NCBI GenBank assembly: GCA_016223105.1
Contig: JACRPR010000036.1
Span: 1,729-65,728 of the forward strand
Direction: 5' to 3'
DNA: 64,000 bases
From: Chloroflexota bacterium
Lineage (GTDB): Bacteria; Chloroflexota; Anaerolineae; UBA4142
The position numbers and the translations under genes were made by a program. Positions 9,743 to 17,186 of the stretch are shown piece after piece; position 1 is the first letter of the stretch, and each line of letters opens with the position of its first letter. The notes under the pieces are model-generated. The model was not told where the DNA came from and made no database searches. It saw only the letters and a list, made by a program, of their open reading frames with translations.

Positions 9743-10393
9743 TCATTCCTCCACCATCCACCCTTCCTGGATCGCGTACCGCACGAGCGCGGCGCGGCTG
9801 GTGAGTCCCAGTTTTTCCATTCCGCGCGCGCGATAACTTTCGACCGTTTTTACGCTGAGGGATAATTGATCCGCAATGTCCTGGTTCGTGTGTCCGAGCG
9901 CGACGAGTTTCAACACCGCGCGTTCGCGTTCGCTCAATTCGGCGGACGATGCGGACGATGCGTGCGCGGAGGGAATCATCTTGTCAATCAAAATTTTCGC
10001 GTGCGAGGGATGAATGTACACATTGCCGCGCATCACCGCGCGAATCGCGGAAATCAATTCCGCGTCCGCCGCGCTTTTGGGACAATAACCCGCCGCGCCG
10101 GCTTCGAGCGCGCGACGCAAGTACCCTTCTTCTTCGTGCATCGTCAACACCAGGACGCGCACGTTTGGATGCGCGCGTTTCACTTGGCGTAATACTTGCA
10201 AGCCGTCGGTCTTGGGCATTGTGATATCGAGAATGAGCAAATCGGGCGCGAGGTCGCGCGTCGCGGACAACGCTTCTTGTCCGTTCGTCGCTTCGCCGAC
10301 AACGCTCAAATCGTCTTGCGCGTTGAGCAACATTTTCAAGCCGGAACGCAAGACGGAATGATCGTCGGCAAGAAGGATGCGAGTTTTGGTCAT
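9743..10393 (-). CDS. NarL-family response regulator (triad 2)
   Basis: Start moved to ATG 10393 (MTKTRILLADD); the track start at 10408 is TTG. REC plus LuxR HTH (LSERERAVLKLVALGHTNQDIADQLSLSVKTVESYRARGMEKL). Confidence 0.9.
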   Translation of the reverse strand: MTKTRILLADDHSVLRSGLKMLLNAQDDLSVVGEATNGQEALSATRDLAPDLLILDITMPKTDGLQVLRQVKRAHPNVRVLVLTMHEEEGYLRRALEAGAAGYCPKSAADAELISAIRAVMRGNVYIHPSHAKILIDKMIPSAHASSASSAELSERERAVLKLVALGHTNQDIADQLSLSVKTVESYRARGMEKLGLTSRAALVRYAIQEGWMVEE

Positions 10394-10415
10394 TGGAATT
10401 GATCTCAAATCAAAT

Positions 10416-10564
10416 GTAACTACTCAGCCCATGTCATTGCGAGCGGTTTTCCCTGGCACTTGCGTTCCCGCCAGGGCAAGTGTGCGAAGCAATCCCCGAC
10501 CTGGTCGATCCGGATTTGCAACGCGGGGATTGCTTCGTCGGCAAAAACCGCCTCCTCGCAATGA
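10416..10564. mobile_element. Repeat family 1 (MITE-like, GTCATTGCGAGCGG...CTCGCAATGAC core with GTAACCGTTCAG outer ends), copy truncated at one end, inside the kinase 3' end
   Basis: Near-identical to 40931-41095. The right end stops at ..CGCAATGA, without the CACCTGAACGGTTAC terminus seen in the other copies. Confidence 0.8.
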
Positions 10565-12438
10565 AGTTCCGCGCGTTCGCGCATGCCATGCAAACCGAGT
10601 CCACTTTCTTCGGGCGAGAGATCAAGCACCGCGCGCGCGTCAAAGCCGCGCCCGTCGTCTTCGATGATCGCGATGACCGCGCGCGTTTTGCGCTCGACGA
10701 CGATGCTCACATTTTGCGCGCGCGCGTGTTTCGCAATGTTCGTCAACGCTTCTTGAATGATCCGATACAGCGCAAGTTCAACTTGCGGCGAGACGCGATC
10801 GCCATTGCGAAAGCCGGTCATTTGCAAATCGGTGTTCAAGCCAAAATTCGCGCGATAATTCGCGATGTAGCGTTCGAGCGCGGCGGACAATCCCAGGTCG
10901 TCGAGCAACGCGGGACGCAATTCGCGCGCGAGGCGTTTCACCGATTCGAGCGTTTGCGCGGCAATCTCGCGCAGATCGTTGAGCCGCGCACGCGATTCAG
11001 TTTCCCCGGCTTCGCCCGCGACGCGCAAGCCGACCATCAACGACGTGATCGCTTGCCCGGTGTCATCGTGCAATTCGCGCGCGATGCGTTTGCGTTCCTC
11101 TTCCTGCGCGCCGATCACTTTTTCGAGCAATTGCCCGCGCACGCGTTCCTTCTCGCGCAGATCGTCCCACAAACGCGCGTTCTCAATCGCGACACCGAGT
11201 TGTTGCCCGATCGCTTCGAGCAACTTCACTTCCGCCGCGCTGAACGCGTGCGCGTCCGCGCTCGCGATGCCCAACACACCCAACACGGTCGCGTGCGCGA
11301 GAATCGGCACGGTAACGTGCGATGCGATCGCGCTCGCGTTCGCAAGTGTACCATCGCGCAGAGGACATCGTTCCGGCAATGGCGCGACGACGATGGATTG
11401 TTTATCCGTGAGCGCGATTGTGCAAGGACAACCGTGCAACGCGGTCGCGACTTCGCGTTCGCCTAAATCGCGCGGCAAACCAAGCCAGGTCGTCATTTGA
11501 ATCTTTTCGCCATCCAGCAAAAAAATCCAACCCGCCGGAAGATCGAGCGTGTCGAGTAACGCGCGTAACGATCGTTCCAAGGTTTCCGCAAGCGGCGCGG
11601 GCGCGTTCACCGCGTTCGCGACCGCGTTCAACGCTTCGAGTTCGCGTTGCCGCCGCAACATCGCGCGTTGCGCCGCGTCGAGTTCGCTCGTCATGCGATT
11701 GAACGCAGTCGAGAGTTGTCCGATTTCATCGTCGCCCCAGGGCGGCATGCGTTGCATCAGATCGCCGCGCGCAACCGCGTGCGTAACATCCACGAGCGCG
11801 CGGATCGGGCGCGTGAGAATCAACGTGAGCAAGTACGCCGCGCCGACGCCGAGCAGTGACACCGCGAACGTTGTCAGCAACATCTGGCGCGTCAATTCGT
11901 CCACCGCCGCGCGCGCGCTGTGTTCGGTCAAGCCGACGCGCGCGAAACCGGCGCGTCCATCAAAAATCGGCACCGCGACATCGTGAATCGCGCCTTCATC
12001 ACTCGTGAGGACGACGACGTTCGCGCGCGCCGCGGTCGCGACTGGATTTTGTTCCGCGAGCCCGCGCGGAAATCCTTCATCGAACGAATGGACGAGGACG
12101 CGGCGATATGGATCGAGGATGAACGCGTAGCGGAGATCGGTATTGTTGCGAAGCGAATCGGTGAGGAGTTCGTGGAGCGCGTAGGTGTTGTTGATGAGAA
12201 TGTAATCGGTCGCGTGCGCGGCGAGATCGCGCGCGATTGAAATCGCGCGCTCGTCCAACCGCGCGAGCAAACTCGCGGTCATACTCGCGCGCGCTTCCCA
12301 GGTGATGACGAATCCCAGCAACAAAACGAGCGCGAGGACGATGCCCATAATTTTCGCGCGGACACTCGGACGCAGGATCCAATTGCGGATTGCCCTTTTG
12401 AAATCTGCAATCCGCAATCTGAAATTTGAAATGCTCAT
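10420..12438 (-). CDS. Sensor histidine kinase (triad 2) whose C-terminal ATP-lid is replaced by repeat-derived sequence; possibly non-functional
   Basis: Same architecture as 6983-8806, H-box ELHDDTGQAI. After MRERAEL the protein reads [47 protein letters not shown], which is the translation of the repeat at 10416-10564, instead of LGGxLEIxSxxGxGTxVxxxIP. ATGA overlap with the upstream gene. Alternative start ATG 12348 (MGIVLALV). Confidence 0.75.
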   Translation of the reverse strand: MSISNFRLRIADFKRAIRNWILRPSVRAKIMGIVLALVLLLGFVITWEARASMTASLLARLDERAISIARDLAAHATDYILINNTYALHELLTDSLRNNTDLRYAFILDPYRRVLVHSFDEGFPRGLAEQNPVATAARANVVVLTSDEGAIHDVAVPIFDGRAGFARVGLTEHSARAAVDELTRQMLLTTFAVSLLGVGAAYLLTLILTRPIRALVDVTHAVARGDLMQRMPPWGDDEIGQLSTAFNRMTSELDAAQRAMLRRQRELEALNAVANAVNAPAPLAETLERSLRALLDTLDLPAGWIFLLDGEKIQMTTWLGLPRDLGEREVATALHGCPCTIALTDKQSIVVAPLPERCPLRDGTLANASAIASHVTVPILAHATVLGVLGIASADAHAFSAAEVKLLEAIGQQLGVAIENARLWDDLREKERVRGQLLEKVIGAQEEERKRIARELHDDTGQAITSLMVGLRVAGEAGETESRARLNDLREIAAQTLESVKRLARELRPALLDDLGLSAALERYIANYRANFGLNTDLQMTGFRNGDRVSPQVELALYRIIQEALTNIAKHARAQNVSIVVERKTRAVIAIIEDDGRGFDARAVLDLSPEESGLGLHGMRERAELHCEEAVFADEAIPALQIRIDQVGDCFAHLPWRERKCQGKPLAMTWAE
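10451..10482 (+). repeat. 32-nt element CCCTGGCACTTGCGTTCCCGCCAGGGCAAGTG (nested in family 1)
   Basis: Identical 32-mer at 10451, 25247 and 40969, all in the same orientation. Confidence 0.9.
12398..12434. repeat. Heptamer-type array (GAAATCT / GCAATCC) encoding the putative N-terminus of kinase 2
   Basis: TTGAAATCTGCAATCCGCAATCTGAAATTTGAAATG. Translated as MSISNFRLRIADFK. Confidence 0.75.
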
Positions 12439-13373
12439 GGCGCGGTGTTGATTTCCAATTCCAGCGCGCGCGCGGAATCGTAAATGCCGTCGGGCGCTTG
12501 CACGAACCGATCAATCATCAACGTTTTCAAAATCGGCAACGCGCTGGGATCGTAATACATTTTGAGAAAAAGTTCGCGCAGAGTTTCTTTCGTCTGCGGA
12601 GATAATTTCGGATTGACGACGACTGGCGGAATCCCGAACGCGGGCGAGCGATGAATCACGCGCGTTTTCTGCGCGATGCCGGGATCGCGCGCGACGAAAA
12701 AATCGTACACGAGCGAATCCACGCTCGCGCCGTCGGCGATCTTGTTCGCGACCGCGCGGATCGCGTTATCGTGACTGTACGTGAAAAAGACGCGCGCGAA
12801 AAATGTTTCCGGCGTTGCCTCAAAATTTTTCACGAGCGCCGTTGGATACACGCGCCCGGTCAGCGACATTGGATCGGTGAACGCGAACACCTTGCCGCGC
12901 AAATCGCTCATCGCGCGCGCGGGGCTATCGGCAGGCACGATCAAGAGCGAATAGTACACTGTCGCGCCGGTCACTTCGGGCGCGACGAGCAATTCCATTC
13001 CAAAATCGCGTTGCCCGATCACATACGCGCTCGTGCAAACAAATCCAACATCCACGTAGCCGTTTTTGATCAGGTCGTTCACTTCGGCGTACGTTTGGCG
13101 TTGCACCAGTTCGACCGGGCGATTGAGTTTGTTCTGGATGTACTTGAGCAAATCGCCGTAACTTTCGACGTTGCCTTTCGGCGAAATCACCGCCGCGACG
13201 GCGACGCGCAGAGGACGCGTGTCGTTCGGGGAATACGCGACCGCAGACGCCGGTTCGACCTCACGAAAACGAATCGTCGGATTCGTCGTCGCGTTCGAAC
13301 ACGCGGTCAGCGTGAGTAGAAAAAAGAGCGCGGTAAAAATCAATCGGATAAAATAACGCAATGGGAACGGCAT
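12435..13373 (-). CDS. PhnD/PtxB-like periplasmic binding lipoprotein (triad 2)
   Basis: Lipobox LTLTAC. Clear paralogue of 8827-9741 (NKLNRPVELVQRQTYAEVNDLI.., FAFTDPMSLTG, TYSHDNAIRAV). Confidence 0.75.
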   Translation of the reverse strand: MPFPLRYFIRLIFTALFFLLTLTACSNATTNPTIRFREVEPASAVAYSPNDTRPLRVAVAAVISPKGNVESYGDLLKYIQNKLNRPVELVQRQTYAEVNDLIKNGYVDVGFVCTSAYVIGQRDFGMELLVAPEVTGATVYYSLLIVPADSPARAMSDLRGKVFAFTDPMSLTGRVYPTALVKNFEATPETFFARVFFTYSHDNAIRAVANKIADGASVDSLVYDFFVARDPGIAQKTRVIHRSPAFGIPPVVVNPKLSPQTKETLRELFLKMYYDPSALPILKTLMIDRFVQAPDGIYDSARALELEINTAP

Positions 13374-13508
13374 ATTGGTTCTTCCTTTTAATCTCCATCT
13401 ATTTTCGCATTATTCGCGCCAATCGTCAATAATTTATTTTCGCACGCGGCGGTCAAAGCATCGTCCGAATCCAGTTCCAAACCGGTTCGGCAAGCGCGTT
13501 GGTTATTT

Positions 13509-13537
13509 TTGACAAATCCGCGCCCGCAGAATATAAT
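13509..13537 (+). promoter_or_regulatory. Perfect sigma-70-type consensus promoter TTGACA-N17-TATAAT for the ars operon
   Basis: TTGACA 13509-13514, 17-nt spacer, TATAAT 13532-13537, read directly from the sequence. Confidence 0.75.
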
Positions 13538-13556
13538 TCAATAGAGATTGAATTAT
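13533..13556. promoter_or_regulatory. 10-4-10 perfect palindrome overlapping the -10 box; candidate ArsR operator
   Basis: ATAATTCAAT-AGAG-ATTGAATTAT. ArsR/SmtB repressors bind AT-rich inverted repeats that overlap their own promoters. Confidence 0.65.
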
Positions 13557-13563
13557 CTCCACC

Positions 13564-13630
13564 GTCATTTCGAGCGGAGCGAGAAATCTCAATTGCGCGG
13601 ACGGAGATTTCTCGCTCCGCTCGAAATGAC
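13564..13630. repeat. Family-1-related perfect palindrome (27-bp arms) in the arsR leader
   Basis: GTCATTTCGAGCGGAGCGAGAAATCTC-13 nt-GAGATTTCTCGCTCCGCTCGAAATGAC. Confidence 0.85.
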
Positions 13631-13650
13631 AATGTTGATGGTGATGTGAA

Positions 13651-14034
13651 ATGCCCAAACTTGCGCCGGTGACCGATCTAATCGAAACGTTGAAATTGCT
13701 TGCGGACCCAACGCGCCTGGCGATTTTCAATTTGCTGATGCAAGGGGTGCAGTGCAATTGCGAACTCGGCGATCAACTTGGGTTGCCGATGAATTTGATC
13801 TCGCATCATCTCAAGGCATTGCGCGATGCGGGATGGGTCAATGCCGAACGCGATGCGAATGACGCGCGCTGGGTTTATTACGCGATCAACCCGCGCGCGC
13901 TCAATCAACTGCGCGAGCAACTGTCCGCGTTCCTCGATCCGCAACGGATCAAACCACGACAGCCCAAGTGCGGTCCGCGCGTTGATGCGGCGGCAAGCAC
14001 GCGCGTCGCACAACGCGAACGCGTGGGTAAGTGA
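13651..14034 (+). CDS. arsR: ArsR/SmtB-family metalloregulator
   Basis: wHTH LLADPTRLAIFNLLMQGVQCNCELGDQLGLPMNLISHHLKALRDAGWV, with Cys-x-Cys in the ELCVCDL-equivalent position. Confidence 0.85.
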   Translation: MPKLAPVTDLIETLKLLADPTRLAIFNLLMQGVQCNCELGDQLGLPMNLISHHLKALRDAGWVNAERDANDARWVYYAINPRALNQLREQLSAFLDPQRIKPRQPKCGPRVDAAASTRVAQRERVGK

Positions 14035-14098
14035 AACAAGTCGCGCCGCGCATTTGGGCAACGAAGCGCGAGACGCCTCTGCGTTGAAAGGAGGCACG

Positions 14099-14311
14099 AT
14101 GCACGTTCAAGTTCTTGGACCGAGTTGCGCCAATTGTTTGAAACTCGAAATGCTCGTGATGCAAACGTTGACCGAACTCGACATTCGGGATGCGCGCGTT
14201 GAAAAAATTACAACGCCGCGCGAGATGGAACGCTTGATGGCGGGCGATCCACCTGGTCTGGTGATCAACGGACAATTGGTTAGGTCGGGCGGCAAAACCC
14301 TACCGACCTAA
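14099..14311 (+). CDS. Small thioredoxin-fold protein (redox-active disulfide protein 2 / Thioredoxin_3 type), copy 1
   Basis: ATG 14099 after AGGAGG 14089-14094. MHVQVLGPSCANCLKLE carries a CxxC motif. 70 aa. Confidence 0.7.
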   Translation: MHVQVLGPSCANCLKLEMLVMQTLTELDIRDARVEKITTPREMERLMAGDPPGLVINGQLVRSGGKTLPT

Positions 14312-14426
14312 ACGGAAATCGCGGAATGGCTTCGCGCGGCCACCGTCGCGCCGGTGCGAAATTGAAAATCTCGTGATGAACGCGGGATGCCGGCTAATCC
14401 CGCGTTCGTTTTTGTGGGGGCGCAAA

Positions 14427-14603
14427 ATGAAAATCGAAAAAACTGGCGTGATGCTTGAGGAAGCCGAAATGATGGAACTGGAATCCATCCTCCTCGATGA
14501 GGATGGCAAAGCCGCACTCGATTTTTTGAAGCGGCTCAAACGGCGCATCGAAATTCTGCAACGTTCGCATTGCGGAACAATGTTCGGTGAAAATCTAAAG
14601 TAA
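14427..14603 (+). CDS. Small hypothetical protein (58 aa)
   Basis: ATG 14427 (MKIEKTGVMLEEAEMMELESILLDEDGKAALDFLKRLKRRIEILQRSHCG). Acidic, helical composition. Lies between the two thioredoxin-fold genes. No family recognised. Confidence 0.35.
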   Translation: MKIEKTGVMLEEAEMMELESILLDEDGKAALDFLKRLKRRIEILQRSHCGTMFGENLK

Positions 14604-14614
14604 CGGAGGAAAAA

Positions 14615-14857
14615 ATGTTAAAGATTAAAGTGCTGGGGTCGGGTTGCGCCAACTGCCACAAGGTCGAAGCACTTGCCAAGCAAGCCATCGCACAATTGGG
14701 CGTGGAGGCGCAAGTCGAGTTGGTGACGGATCTGCAAACGATTCTGCGTTACGGCGTGATGAGCACGCCCGGCATCGTCATCAACGACCAGGTCGTTTCG
14801 ACCGGGCGCGTGCCCGCGCCCTCGCAAATTACGACGATGATTACGAACGCGCTCTGA
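14615..14857 (+). CDS. Small thioredoxin-fold protein (redox-active disulfide protein 2 type), copy 2
   Basis: GGAGGA 14605-14610. MLKIKVLGSGCANCHKVE carries a CxxC motif. Paralogue of 14099-14311. Confidence 0.75.
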   Translation: MLKIKVLGSGCANCHKVEALAKQAIAQLGVEAQVELVTDLQTILRYGVMSTPGIVINDQVVSTGRVPAPSQITTMITNAL

Positions 14858-14860
14858 CAT

Positions 14861-14907
14861 CAGTCAACAGTCAACAGTCAACAGTAAACAGTAAACAGTA
14901 AACAGTC
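14861..14907. repeat. Tandem heptamers (CAGTCAA)3(CAGTAAA)3 immediately upstream of the acr3 RBS
   Basis: Read directly from the sequence. Confidence 0.9.
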
Positions 14908-14918
14908 GAGGAAGAAAA

Positions 14919-15989
14919 ATGGCGAACACACTTGCGCGCCCAAAATCGGAAAATGTTTTTCAACAACTCGGTTTGCTCGACCGCTTTTTGCCGGTGTGGA
15001 TTTTTTTCGCGATGGCGCTCGGCGTTATTCTCGGCGCGGTTACACCTGGGATCAAAAATTTATTCAACGCGCTCTCCATCGGTACGGTATCGTTCCCCAT
15101 CGCGATTGGTTTGCTGTGGATGATGTATCCCGTCCTGGCAAAGGTCAAGTACGAAGAACTCGGCAAGGTCGCGCAAGCGTGGGAACAATTCAGCGTGTCG
15201 CTCATTCTGAATTGGCTAATCGGTCCCGTCGTAATGTTCGCGCTCGCGTGGATGTTCCTGCCCGACCTCGCGCAATTTCGCACCGGCTTGATCATCACCG
15301 GCTTGGCGCGCTGTATCGCGATGGTGTTGATTTGGAATATGCTCGCGGGCGGCGATAGCGAATACTGCGCGGCGCTCGTCGCGCTGAACAGTGTTTTTCA
15401 AATCGTGATGTACTCGCCGCTCGCGTATTTTTTCTTGATGATTGTGCCGGGCTGGTTTGGAATGAAAGGCACACTCGTCAACATTGAAATGTGGGACATT
15501 GCGAAAAGCGTTTTGATTTTTCTCGGCATCCCACTCGTCGCCGGGATCATCACGCGATTTTATTTTTTGCGAACGCGCGGCAAGGACTGGTACGAAACCG
15601 AATTGATGCCGCGTTTGGGTCCGACTGCGATGATCGGTTTGCTGTTCACGATTGTCGTAATGTTTTCGATGCAAGGCGACAAGATTCTCGCCGCGCCGCT
15701 CGACGTGGTGCGCGTCGCGGTGCCGCTCGGCGTGTACTTTATCGCGATGTTCTTTTTATCGTTCGCGCTTTCGCTGTGGCGCAAATTTTCGTACGAACTC
15801 GCGACGACGCAATCGTTCACCGCGGCGAGCAACAATTTTGAATTAGCAATTGCAGTCGCGGTCGGCACGTTTGGCATCGCGTCGCCCGAAGCATTGGCAA
15901 CCGTGATCGGTCCGTTGATCGAAGTGCCGGTGTTGATCGCGTTGGTGTACGTCGCGCTGTGGCTCAAGCGCGCGTGGTTCACGCGATAA
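14919..15989 (+). CDS. acr3: ACR3-family arsenite efflux permease
   Basis: LGLLDRFLPVWIFFAMALGV, LLWMMYPVLAKVKYEELG and 10-TM composition are typical of Acr3. GAGGAAG RBS. Confidence 0.9.
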   Translation: MANTLARPKSENVFQQLGLLDRFLPVWIFFAMALGVILGAVTPGIKNLFNALSIGTVSFPIAIGLLWMMYPVLAKVKYEELGKVAQAWEQFSVSLILNWLIGPVVMFALAWMFLPDLAQFRTGLIITGLARCIAMVLIWNMLAGGDSEYCAALVALNSVFQIVMYSPLAYFFLMIVPGWFGMKGTLVNIEMWDIAKSVLIFLGIPLVAGIITRFYFLRTRGKDWYETELMPRLGPTAMIGLLFTIVVMFSMQGDKILAAPLDVVRVAVPLGVYFIAMFFLSFALSLWRKFSYELATTQSFTAASNNFELAIAVAVGTFGIASPEALATVIGPLIEVPVLIALVYVALWLKRAWFTR

Positions 15990-16031
15990 TGGGTCGCACA
16001 CAAACACACATTGCGATTTTGCAAAAAACTC

Positions 16032-16090
16032 GGATTCGACGCTTTAGCGGGTACTTGGTCAGACAAATCACCGCGTAAACGCTCGATTCC
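16032..16090. repeat. Repeat family 3 (GGATTCGACGCTTTAGCGGGT ... ACCGCGTAAACGCTCGAATCC)
   Basis: Outer 8-bp stem. Each arm carries a self-complementary 10-mer (CGC-TTTA-GCG / GCG-TAAA-CGC). Same orientation as 49870. Confidence 0.8.
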
Positions 16091-16135
16091 AAAAACGCAA
16101 TCAGCGTCCGCGTCCCATTTTCAAAAGAGGAGTGA

Positions 16136-17182
16136 ATGGCGATCAATAAAATTTCCGCACCCCGCGCAACGCCGCGCGTGTACATCGCGCTCGCACTTGC
16201 GGCAATCGCGTGGTGGATCGCGTACACAATTCTGCAACCGCTTGCCGAGTTTGTCGCGTACAACATTCTCGCGCTCGAGCGCGGCTCGCATCTCGGCGAA
16301 GCGGTCGCGTTTTTTCTGTACGATGTGCCGAAAATTTTGTTGCTGTTGAGCGCGATGATTTTTTTCATCACGATCATTCGCACGTTCTTCAGTCCCGAAC
16401 GCACGCGCCAACTTTTGGGCGGCAGGCGCGTCGGCATCGGCAACGTCCTCGCGGCAATGCTCGGCATCGTTACGCCGTTTTGCTCGTGCAGTGCCGTGCC
16501 GCTCTTTATCGGCTTTGTCGAATCGGGCATTCCGCTCGGCGTCACGTTTTCGTTTTTGATCGCCGCGCCGGTGATTAACGAAGTCGCGGTTGTTTTACTT
16601 TTTGGATTATTCGGCTGGCGCGTCGCCGCGCTCTACATCGCGTCCGGTCTCACGATCGCGATCTTCGCGGGCATCGTCATCGGTCGCTTGAACCTGGAAC
16701 GGTACGTCGAAGATTTTGTGTGGCAACTGCAATTCACCGCCGCGCCGGATGAATCGGGGAAATTGACCTGGGATGAACGCATCACGCGCGCGATAAACGC
16801 GGTGCGCCAGATTGTTGGCAAGGTGTGGCTCTATGTCGTGATCGGCATCGCGGTCGGCGCGGGGATTCACGGTTACGTGCCGACGGACGCGCTCGCGGAG
16901 GTGATGGGCAAATCGGCGTGGTGGTCGGTGCCAATCGCGGTGCTGATCGGAATTCCACTTTATTCGAATGCGGCGGGCATCATTCCGATTGTGTCCGCGT
17001 TGATCGAAAAAGGCGCGTCGCTCGGCACCGCGCTCGCGTTTATGATGGCGGTCGTCGGTTTGAGTTTGCCGGAAATGATCATCTTGCGGCGCGTGCTCAA
17101 GCCGCAATTGATCGCGATTTTTATCGGCGTCGTTGGCATCGCGATCATTCTCACCGGCTATTTGTTCAACCTGGTGATGTAA
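16136..17182 (+). CDS. Permease of the ArsP / PF03773-like family (putative organoarsenical or metalloid permease)
   Basis: Polytopic membrane protein with the TPFCSCSAVPLFIGF vicinal-cysteine motif. In other genomes this family sits next to small CxxC thioredoxin-fold genes and ars genes. Confidence 0.75.
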   Translation: MAINKISAPRATPRVYIALALAAIAWWIAYTILQPLAEFVAYNILALERGSHLGEAVAFFLYDVPKILLLLSAMIFFITIIRTFFSPERTRQLLGGRRVGIGNVLAAMLGIVTPFCSCSAVPLFIGFVESGIPLGVTFSFLIAAPVINEVAVVLLFGLFGWRVAALYIASGLTIAIFAGIVIGRLNLERYVEDFVWQLQFTAAPDESGKLTWDERITRAINAVRQIVGKVWLYVVIGIAVGAGIHGYVPTDALAEVMGKSAWWSVPIAVLIGIPLYSNAAGIIPIVSALIEKGASLGTALAFMMAVVGLSLPEMIILRRVLKPQLIAIFIGVVGIAIILTGYLFNLVM

Positions 17183-17186
17183 ACTC

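Noticed and set aside
13503-13757. 84-aa minus-strand ORF spanning the arsR promoter region
   Set aside because: It is largely the translation of the palindromic repeat and overlaps the arsR start. It is not a gene.
14861-14907. Heptamer and other short tandem arrays as possible CRISPR arrays
   Set aside because: The repeat unit is 7 nt with no spacers, and no cas genes are present. These are not CRISPR arrays.
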